Assembly (NCBI GenBank): GCA_900553785.1
Contig: USES01000003.1
Location: 53 to 64,052, forward strand
From: an uncultured Clostridium sp.
Lineage (GTDB): Bacteria > Bacillota > Clostridia > TANB77 > CAG-465
Direction of reading: 5' to 3'
Length of the DNA: 64,000 bases
The translations under genes were made by a program, and so were the position numbers. Below the pieces are notes generated by a model. It saw nothing but the letters and a program-made list of their open reading frames with translations, was not told where the DNA came from and ran no database searches. Positions 28,704-35,887 of the stretch are shown one piece after another. How positions within the stretch are numbered: position 1 is the first letter of the stretch; the number at the start of each line of letters is the position of its first letter.

Positions 28704-29270
28704 CTAGAATTGAACTTTTACATTCTTTCTTTCTTCTTCGTTATCAATTTCAAAGAATTTTGCTTCTTCAAATTTGCCAGCTCCAAATATTGAAACTACA
28801 ATGTTATTTGGGAAAACCATTAAGGCTTCGTTGTACATTGTAACAGTATCATTGTAAAATTGTCTTGAATAAGCAATTTTATCTTCTGTTCCAGATAGTT
28901 CAACTTGTAATGCTGTGAAATTTTCGTTAGCTTTTAATTCAGGGTAAGCTTCTGCTAGAGCAAATAATTGTTTTAAAGATGCATTTAAAGTTTTTTCAGC
29001 TTCTGCAGAGCCTTCTACACTTCCTGATGCTGCAACGTATTTGTTTCTTGCTTCGATTACTTTTGTAAGTGTTTCCTCTTCATGTTTAGTATAACCCTTT
29101 ACTGTTTCTACTAAGTTAGGAATCAAATCAAATCTTCTTTTTAGTTGAGTATCAATTTGTGCCCAAGCATTTTTAACTCTCATTTTAAGAGATACTAATT
29201 TGTTGTATACGCCTACTATCCATAGAGCAAGTATTAAAACAACAGCAATTAAAATATATAACCATGTCAT
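28704..29270 (-). CDS. lemA: LemA family protein
   Basis: The ORF track starts at TTG 29291. An internal ATG (residue 8, [10 protein letters not shown]) follows GAGGAGG. One TM followed by a LemA helical domain (YNKLV...[20 protein letters not shown]). Stop abuts the htpX start. Confidence 0.8.
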   Translation of the reverse strand: MTWLYILIAVVLILALWIVGVYNKLVSLKMRVKNAWAQIDTQLKRRFDLIPNLVETVKGYTKHEEETLTKVIEARNKYVAASGSVEGSAEAEKTLNASLKQLFALAEAYPELKANENFTALQVELSGTEDKIAYSRQFYNDTVTMYNEALMVFPNNIVVSIFGAGKFEEAKFFEIDNEEERKNVKVQF

Positions 29271-29408
29271 GATGATTACCTCCTCATACAATATTTATTG
29301 TATCATCTATAGTTTTTAAAATCAATAAATATGAGAATAAAAACACAATTTTAAAGAATTTATTTTAGTAATAAAAAAAGATGAACTTTGTCTTATTTTT
29401 GTTTGGAT

Positions 29409-29437
29409 TTGACAAGCAATATATTAAGTAGTATAAT
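29409..29437 (+). promoter_or_regulatory. Consensus sigma-A promoter of the G5/SLT gene
   Basis: Exact TTGACA-N17-TATAAT. Confidence 0.6.
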
Positions 29438-29473
29438 ATATATTATCCGAGGTATTCGGAGGGAGGAATTTCT

Positions 29474-30559
29474 TTGGAAGAAAAAGAAAAAAATAACATT
29501 TATATATTAAAAAAGATATCAGTGATGATCATGTGTATGGTTGTGTTTGTTACTGTTGGTTTAGTAGTTGTTAACTTTCAATCTAAAGTAGTAACTCTTG
29601 ATTATTATGGACGCGAAATACAGATTGTTACTATGTCAAATACTGTTGAAGGAATGCTTATGCAAAATGGCATATATATAGATGAAAGAGCAGTAGTTTA
29701 TCCTAGTATAGATAACAGAATAGAAGACAATATGGTTATAAAAATATATATAGAGGATGCAAATGCAAAGTTAAATATAGACAAATATATTGAGGCTTCT
29801 AATTCTATGATAACTGAGAAAATAGTTAAAGATACTCAAATTGTAGAGTTTGGTGTGGAGAAAAAGAATAATGCTAGTGTAGCTAGAGGTCAAATTACTA
29901 CACTACAATCAGGAAGCACTGGAGAAAAAGATATAACATATACAATTCAATACTTAAATGGTAAAGAGATTGCAAAAAATATAATAAGTGATGAAATTAC
30001 AAAAGAGCCTCAAGATCAAATAATAGAAGTTGGAACTAGTGTGTCAACAGTATCAAGAAGCTCAGTAAATAGAGTTACAGCGGATGATTTTGCTGTTGAT
30101 GGAAACTTTAAACAGTATAATATTAAACTTAGTGCGGATTTACAAAGATATACTTATAACATGTGCAAAAGGTATGGAGTTCCATACGAAACAATGTTAG
30201 CACTTATGTATGTTGAAAGTGGATATAATACAAATGCTATAAGTTCTACAAATGACTATGGAATATGTCAAATCAATATGTGTAATTATTATTATCTAAA
30301 TAGAAATCTTGGAGTAACTGACCTTCTTAATGTTTATGATAATATAAAAGCAGGTACATATTGGATAGCAAGATATTATAAATCTTGGGGTAAATATTAT
30401 AGCGGTGAATTGTTGGAAAGAAATGCACTTAATGCGTATAATTTTGGCGATGGTGGATACAGAAATTATTTAAATAATGGAGGTACAGCATATTCTTGGA
30501 AATACGCAAACAAAGTGTTGGAAGTAAAAACAAAATTAGTAGAAAATGGTGGATTATAG
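29474..30559 (+). CDS. Membrane-anchored DUF348-G5-lytic transglycosylase (SLT) cell-wall hydrolase
   Basis: TTG start after GGGAGGA. One TM, a DUF348-like repeat, a G5-like segment, and a C-terminal SLT motif (LMYVESGYNTNAIS...YGICQIN). Confidence 0.75.
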   Translation: MEEKEKNNIYILKKISVMIMCMVVFVTVGLVVVNFQSKVVTLDYYGREIQIVTMSNTVEGMLMQNGIYIDERAVVYPSIDNRIEDNMVIKIYIEDANAKLNIDKYIEASNSMITEKIVKDTQIVEFGVEKKNNASVARGQITTLQSGSTGEKDITYTIQYLNGKEIAKNIISDEITKEPQDQIIEVGTSVSTVSRSSVNRVTADDFAVDGNFKQYNIKLSADLQRYTYNMCKRYGVPYETMLALMYVESGYNTNAISSTNDYGICQINMCNYYYLNRNLGVTDLLNVYDNIKAGTYWIARYYKSWGKYYSGELLERNALNAYNFGDGGYRNYLNNGGTAYSWKYANKVLEVKTKLVENGGL

Positions 30560-30601
30560 TCGCAAGAATGTCTTGCGACTTTCACCATAAAAGGGGAGTT
30601 T

Positions 30602-31447
30602 ATGAGTACGTTAAATAAAACTAAAGAATTGTTAAATAAGTATGAGTTATATGCCAAAAAAGGTTTTGGGCAAAACTTTTTAGTAGATGATTCAGTTTTG
30701 GAAAAAATAGTTGATGCAGGTAATTTATCTAGTAGCGACACTGTGATAGAAATTGGTCCAGGTCTTGGCAATTTAACAGAGTATTTGTTAAATAGAGCAG
30801 GTAAGGTAATTGCATTTGAAATAGATAAAGATATGGTGAATATACTGCAAGACAGATTTTCAAACATGGAAAATTTCGATTTAATAAATAAAGATATAAT
30901 GGAAGTTGACTTAAACGAGTACATGCCATCTTCAGTTAAAATTATTGCTAACTTGCCATATTATATTACGACTCCAATATTGTTTAAATTATTGGAATAT
31001 AGAGATAAAATATCTAGTATTGTTATTATGGTTCAACGTGAAGTTGCACAAAGATTACTTGCCAAACCGAATAGCAAGGATTATGGAGTATTAACTGTTA
31101 ATACAAGCTATATTTCAGATATGTCACTTGTGACTATTGTTCCTAATACGTCATTTGTTCCAGCACCAAACGTAACTTCAGCTGTTGTCAAAATGAATAT
31201 TAACCTAGATAAATTAAAAGATATAAAAGATGAAGAATTATTTAAGAAATTGGTAAAGGCCTCATTTTCTGCAAGAAGAAAAAAGGTTATAAACTCAATT
31301 ATGAATTCTAATCTATTTAACATTTCTAAGGAACAACTTACTGAGCATATTAAGAGCATTGGTTTTTCTGAATGTGTAAGAGCTGAAGAAATACCTGTTA
31401 ATAAATATATAGAACTTGCAAATATATTAAAAGAGAGTAACTGTTAA
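30602..31447 (+). CDS. rsmA: 16S rRNA (adenine1518/1519-N6)-dimethyltransferase
   Basis: GQNFLVD motif and the SAM-binding motif VIEIGPGLGNLT. Confidence 0.9.
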   Translation: MSTLNKTKELLNKYELYAKKGFGQNFLVDDSVLEKIVDAGNLSSSDTVIEIGPGLGNLTEYLLNRAGKVIAFEIDKDMVNILQDRFSNMENFDLINKDIMEVDLNEYMPSSVKIIANLPYYITTPILFKLLEYRDKISSIVIMVQREVAQRLLAKPNSKDYGVLTVNTSYISDMSLVTIVPNTSFVPAPNVTSAVVKMNINLDKLKDIKDEELFKKLVKASFSARRKKVINSIMNSNLFNISKEQLTEHIKSIGFSECVRAEEIPVNKYIELANILKESNC

Positions 31448-31475
31448 TAAAATAGTTACTCTCTTTAAAGTAAAA

Positions 31476-32564
31476 TTAAAATTCAAGCCATAATCCTTCT
31501 TTTATTAGCTTGTTTGTCATTTGAATATGTTCAGCATTAGTTTTTGTAAAATACAACTTACCATATTTATCTGCTACAAAGAAATAATTATCTGTTGCTT
31601 TTGGGTATATTGCGGCTTTTATAGAAGATTCTGCAACATTTGAAATTGGTCCTACTGGAAGTTTGCCTTGCATATTTGGACCTCTTGTGTTGTATGGGTT
31701 ATATGCATCTAATTCTGATTGGTATAAATCTCTTTCCCCAAGTTCAATTCCTATAGCATAATATGTTGTAACATCACTTCCTAAAGAATCACCAGATTTT
31801 AATCTGTTATAAAATACACCTGCAACTTCAGCTCTGTCTTCTGCCTTTACAGCTTCTTTTTCACAAAGAGATGCTAGTGTAAGTAATTCGTGAACTGAAT
31901 ATTTACTTTTTTCAATATCTTCTTTGTATTTTGTAAGTACTTTGTCCATTTGATTTAACATAGCTTCAAAAATTTGCTCTACAGTTACATCACGAGATTC
32001 AAAGCTATATGTATCAGGGAAAAGATATCCCTCTAATGGGTAATATATATCTTTGTTTTTAATTTCGTCTGTTATAAACCAATACTTGTCTATAATTTTG
32101 TTTATATATTCTTCATTTTTCATTAAATCATAAACGTCTTGTTCACTGTTATTAGTTACTTGAGATATGTATTTAGCAAACTTTTTCATTGATGTACCCT
32201 CTACAAACGTAACATCAAAATTTGTGTCTACAAAAACAATTCCTTTTTTTAGTGCGTCTATAATTTCATCTAGCGTCATTGATGGACTTAAGTAGTATGT
32301 ACCAGCTTGAAGCCCTTCAACTTTATTTAGTTTCAAATAAATTTTAAATGCAGTTTTGTTTTTTATAATTCCTGCCTCTTCTAATTTTTGACCTATTGAA
32401 TCATTTGAACTTCCAATTTCGATTTCAACTTTCTTTTTTTCAGTGTCATTAGACACAGGAGAAATATTTGTTCTGTACCAAATTAAAGGAGATACACCCG
32501 CAATAATTAGAATAACGATTAGTATAATAACAACTGTTAATAATTTTTTCTTTTTCATAATCAC
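31476..32564 (-). CDS. mltG: Endolytic murein transglycosylase MltG (YceG family)
   Basis: N-terminal TM. YceG-like motifs (LASLCEKEA, VFYNRL, NPYNTR...LPVGPISN). Confidence 0.85.
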   Translation of the reverse strand: MIMKKKKLLTVVIILIVILIIAGVSPLIWYRTNISPVSNDTEKKKVEIEIGSSNDSIGQKLEEAGIIKNKTAFKIYLKLNKVEGLQAGTYYLSPSMTLDEIIDALKKGIVFVDTNFDVTFVEGTSMKKFAKYISQVTNNSEQDVYDLMKNEEYINKIIDKYWFITDEIKNKDIYYPLEGYLFPDTYSFESRDVTVEQIFEAMLNQMDKVLTKYKEDIEKSKYSVHELLTLASLCEKEAVKAEDRAEVAGVFYNRLKSGDSLGSDVTTYYAIGIELGERDLYQSELDAYNPYNTRGPNMQGKLPVGPISNVAESSIKAAIYPKATDNYFFVADKYGKLYFTKTNAEHIQMTNKLIKEGLWLEF

Positions 32565-32651
32565 ACACCCTTATATGTCATAAAGTATAACAAATAAAAT
32601 GTGTAATTGCAATTAGAAATGTAAAGACGATAAAAAAATAAAAAGAAATGG

Positions 32652-32680
32652 TTGAAAACTAAAAATATTTGGTATAAAAT
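32652..32680 (+). promoter_or_regulatory. Candidate sigma-A promoter upstream of the leader mini-ORF and GLUG gene
   Basis: TTGAAA followed 15-17 nt later by TGGTATAAAAT (extended -10). Confidence 0.5.
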
Positions 32681-32704
32681 ATTGGAAAATAAAGGAGAAA
32701 ACAA

Positions 32705-32761
32705 ATGAAAATGATGGAAAATAATGTAAATGGGGGGGGGGCAAAAAAGCCTTCTAAATAG
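32705..32761 (+). CDS. Leader mini-ORF (18 codons, MKMMENNVNGGGAKKPSK) containing the G10 tract
   Basis: SD AAGGAG about 8 nt upstream of the ATG. Below the ORF-track size cutoff. Translated by hand. Confidence 0.3.
   Translation: MKMMENNVNGGGAKKPSK
32732..32741 (+). repeat. Homopolymeric G tract (10 G as displayed)
   Basis: The displayed blocks tggggggggg gc give ten consecutive G. It is the only long G/C homopolymer I noticed in this AT-rich window. Confidence 0.85.
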
Positions 32762-32785
32762 TTGTTTTCAAGGACAAGTTATATT

Positions 32786-32833
32786 GGCCTATGCTTTGCA
32801 TACAGAAAATGTATGTAAGTCATAGGTCTTTTT
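32786..32833 (+). terminator. Terminator/attenuator-like hairpin between the leader ORF and the GLUG gene
   Basis: Outer stem GGCCTATG/CATAGGTC, inner stem GCATACA/TGTATGT, GAAAA loop, then CTTTTT. Confidence 0.5.
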
Positions 32834-32886
32834 GCGTTCTATTATCATGTGTTTGCAACCTTTATTTAAAAAGAAAGAGGAGGAAT

Positions 32887-35004
32887 ATGAAAATGATAAA
32901 GAAAAATGCAATTTCGCTTATTGTGTTGGTAATTACCATAATTATTATTACAATACTTGCTGCGACTGTAGTAGTTAGTATAAGCAATTCCAATATAATA
33001 AATAAGGCTAAAGATGCAGTAAATATGAATGATTTAAAACAAGTACAGGAATTTGCTAATCTTGAATGGAATAGTGCATATTTAGAGGGTGCACGTAGTA
33101 GAGTGGAATTGGAGAGTGCCGTTCTTAAAAAAATGAAAGAAAGTAACATAAATATGGATATGTATGATGTTACAGTAACAGAAAGCGGCGTACAAGTAAA
33201 ACAAGGGTATGGCTTGGAAATAAAAGAAGAAATTAGTATCACTACAAGTGATCAAATTTATGCCCTTGGAAGGATTCTAACTACAGATGATTTAAGAAAA
33301 GAATGCTATAAAAACTATGAAAGCGTAGACAAAGGCCTAGAGGCAGATTTAAGCTTATTTAGCTTTCCAGATACTATAGCTACAATTGATGAAAAGATAG
33401 AATATTTAACAACAACATCATATAAACTTGAAAATGATGTAGAGCTTAAATTATTGAAAAATGGTTATACTTCAAATTTAGCAATAGGGAGTAGCAATAG
33501 ACCATTTAAAGGTTATTTTAATGGAAATAACAAAACTATACTAATTACTGAATCAGGTACCAGCACTCGTGAAGGATTTGGAGGAATATTTGGATATGTA
33601 GAAAATGCTACAATATCTAATGTGAATATAAAGTTTGCATCTGATATAAATATGAGTGTTGGCATAAAAGATACATTAGGTGTAGGGGAACATTACATTG
33701 GCATGCTTGTATCAAGGATGAAAAATACAGTATTGTATAACAATAATATTATTATATCAGGTAAGTCTGTAAAATTTGTTTTTGATAATGCTTCGTTTAA
33801 AAGAAGTTTGCGAATCGGAGGAGTTGCAGGGCTTGTTGAAGGAAATTCTAAAATCAAAAAATGCTCGTTTATATTAGAAAATAACGCGCAAATTTTGATT
33901 TCTGATACAGCAGATGAAGATAATTATGACTTTGCTTTTGGCGGAATTGTAGCTAAATCTAAATTAGAAACCAACGAAAGAATGGAAATATCTGATTGTA
34001 ATGTAGACTTGTCTAATTCTAAAATAGAAGTTATATCTCCTAGATTGGGTTACTGTGCAGGTGTTATTGCAGACGCAATGTATACAACTATTAGAGATAC
34101 AAATGTTACTTTAAAGAATAGTACTATGGGTACTACTTCTGCAGGAGATGGTTATTCAACATTAACCTACTACTATTCTTTGATTACAGGAGGTTTAGTT
34201 GGTTTCGCACGTCATGGCTCTAATAATGAAAATGGACCTTATGGACTTGAGGGCGTAGTGGTAGAGGGTTGCTCATTTAATTCTACTAATGATACACAAA
34301 AAGAAGTGCTATTTTCAAAAATAAACAAGGGATACTCACCTAATGTAGGTGGAATAATTGGAATAGCATTCAATAATGCAGTTATAAAAGATACAAACGT
34401 AGGTATTACTAACGGCTCATTTGTTGCAGAAAAAACTGGAGAGGATAGTTACAATGGTCCTGGATCAACTTGTGGTGGAATTATAGGAAGATTAGAACAC
34501 ACCGGAGTTGTAAAAGGTTGTCAAGTTGTTGGAAATAACTTTAACATTTTGTCTAAATCAACTAAAAGAGAAATGTATGCAGGTGGTATTGTAGGAATAG
34601 ATATAGGACCTTATCATAAAAATGTAATATCGCTAGAAAATAATAAATTTATTGGCAATAATACTTCAAGTATAACTGTTGAACTTGTTAGCGGAAATGC
34701 TGAAAACAGGTATATATATGTTGGTGGAATAGCTGGTCAATCTACATATATAATGAAGAATTGTTTTGTATCAGGTGTTACATTATATCACAATGGTGTA
34801 AATACAGGAGCCAAACAAGCTGCCGTTGGAAAACTGGCAGGAAGATTTGTAAAGTATGCAACTGAAGGAACTTTAGGAACACACTTTACTCCAAGTGAAG
34901 ATATTGGAATTATTGGTTGTCAAACAGATAATGTGAATATAGTTATAAATGATAATAACAGCGGTATTGTACAACAAGGTGAAGAGTACGGTACTAATAA
35001 TTAA
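32887..35004 (+). CDS. Pilin-like N-terminal anchor fused to a GLUG-repeat (glycine-rich beta-helix-like) surface protein
   Basis: The ORF track starts at 32791. The ATG at 32887 (residue 33) follows AAGAGGAGGA. N-terminus MKMIKKNAISLIVLVITIIIITILAATVVV. At least 8 repeats of the type GGI(F/V/A/I)G...N(C/V): GGIFGYVENATISN, IGGVAGLVEGNSKI, FGGIVAKS, GGLVGFA, VGGIIGIAFNNAVI, CGGIIGRLEHTGVV, AGGIVGID, VGGIAGQSTYIMKNC. Confidence 0.6.
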   Translation: MKMIKKNAISLIVLVITIIIITILAATVVVSISNSNIINKAKDAVNMNDLKQVQEFANLEWNSAYLEGARSRVELESAVLKKMKESNINMDMYDVTVTESGVQVKQGYGLEIKEEISITTSDQIYALGRILTTDDLRKECYKNYESVDKGLEADLSLFSFPDTIATIDEKIEYLTTTSYKLENDVELKLLKNGYTSNLAIGSSNRPFKGYFNGNNKTILITESGTSTREGFGGIFGYVENATISNVNIKFASDINMSVGIKDTLGVGEHYIGMLVSRMKNTVLYNNNIIISGKSVKFVFDNASFKRSLRIGGVAGLVEGNSKIKKCSFILENNAQILISDTADEDNYDFAFGGIVAKSKLETNERMEISDCNVDLSNSKIEVISPRLGYCAGVIADAMYTTIRDTNVTLKNSTMGTTSAGDGYSTLTYYYSLITGGLVGFARHGSNNENGPYGLEGVVVEGCSFNSTNDTQKEVLFSKINKGYSPNVGGIIGIAFNNAVIKDTNVGITNGSFVAEKTGEDSYNGPGSTCGGIIGRLEHTGVVKGCQVVGNNFNILSKSTKREMYAGGIVGIDIGPYHKNVISLENNKFIGNNTSSITVELVSGNAENRYIYVGGIAGQSTYIMKNCFVSGVTLYHNGVNTGAKQAAVGKLAGRFVKYATEGTLGTHFTPSEDIGIIGCQTDNVNIVINDNNSGIVQQGEEYGTNN

Positions 35005-35008
35005 TAGT

Positions 35009-35036
35009 AAGTGGTCATTAAAAAATGGCCACTTTT
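35009..35036 (+). terminator. Rho-independent terminator after the GLUG gene
   Basis: Stem AAGTGGTCAT/ATGGCCACTT (one mismatch) followed by TTT. Confidence 0.55.
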
Positions 35037-35149
35037 AATATTAAAAATTTTCAGATAACAAAGAGGTTTGTATATTAGTTTAAAAGTAGTTTTAAAGTTT
35101 ATCTTCGATTGAAAAAATTATTTTGAAAAAATATTGTATTTTTTTAAAA

Positions 35150-35182
35150 TGTCACTTACTTGTCACAATGGTATTGTATAAT
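35150..35182 (+). promoter_or_regulatory. ABC operon promoter with a direct-repeat candidate response-regulator box
   Basis: TGTCAC repeated with 11-nt periodicity (35150 and 35161), immediately upstream of the extended -10 TGTATAAT (35175-35182). Confidence 0.4.
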
Positions 35183-35211
35183 GTAGTTATAAAAAGAGGG
35201 GGAAACTTTGA

Positions 35212-35883
35212 ATGGAAATATTAAAAGTAGAAAATTTAAGTAAGATTTACGGAAAAGACAGTACCAAAGTAGTTGCACTAGATAATGTTTCTTTTAGTGT
35301 AAATAAAGGTGAGTTTGTTGCAATAGTTGGTGCTAGTGGTAGCGGGAAGTCAACATTGCTTCATTTGATTGGTGGAGTAGATAGACCAACTAAAGGTAAG
35401 GTGTATATAAATGACCAAGATATATATGCTTTAAATGACGATAGCCTGGCTATATTTAGAAGAAGACAAATTGGACTTATTTATCAGTTTTATAACTTAA
35501 TTCCAATATTAAATGTAGAAGAAAATATTGCATTACCATTAGAGTTAGATTCAAGGCATGCAGACAAGGAAGATATGGAACGTATGTTAAAATTACTTGG
35601 ACTTCAAAATAGAAGAACACATTTACCAAATGAATTGTCTGGTGGACAACAGCAACGTACTTCTATAGGAAGAGCGTTAATTACACGTCCAGCAATAATT
35701 TTAGCTGATGAGCCAACTGGAAACCTTGATTCTAAAGCAAGTAATGAAATAGTTGAGCTTTTAAGAAAATCTAACAAAGAGCTTAACCAAACAATTATCA
35801 TGATAACTCATAATATGGAAATAGCTAAATGTGCAAATAGAATAATTAAAATTGAAGATGGAAAAATTGTAAAGGAGGATTAG
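35212..35883 (+). CDS. ABC transporter ATP-binding protein (MacB/BceA-like)
   Basis: Walker A GASGSGKST, signature LSGGQQQR, Walker B ILADEPTGNLD. Confidence 0.9.
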   Translation: MEILKVENLSKIYGKDSTKVVALDNVSFSVNKGEFVAIVGASGSGKSTLLHLIGGVDRPTKGKVYINDQDIYALNDDSLAIFRRRQIGLIYQFYNLIPILNVEENIALPLELDSRHADKEDMERMLKLLGLQNRRTHLPNELSGGQQQRTSIGRALITRPAIILADEPTGNLDSKASNEIVELLRKSNKELNQTIIMITHNMEIAKCANRIIKIEDGKIVKED

Positions 35884-35887
35884 TCAT

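Noticed and set aside
29438-29473. Small hairpin TCCGAGGTATTCGGA immediately before the SD of the G5/SLT gene, considered as a possible riboswitch.
   Set aside because: It has only a 5-bp stem and a leader of about 35 nt, too small for a known ligand-binding aptamer. It is probably a simple mRNA 5' stabiliser, or nothing.
32791-32886. The N-terminal 32-codon extension of the GLUG ORF as given in the ORF track (MLCIQKMYVSHRSF...).
   Set aside because: The extension overlaps the terminator-like hairpin and has no SD. A strong SD (AAGAGGAGGA) precedes the internal ATG at 32887, where the pilin-like N-terminus begins.
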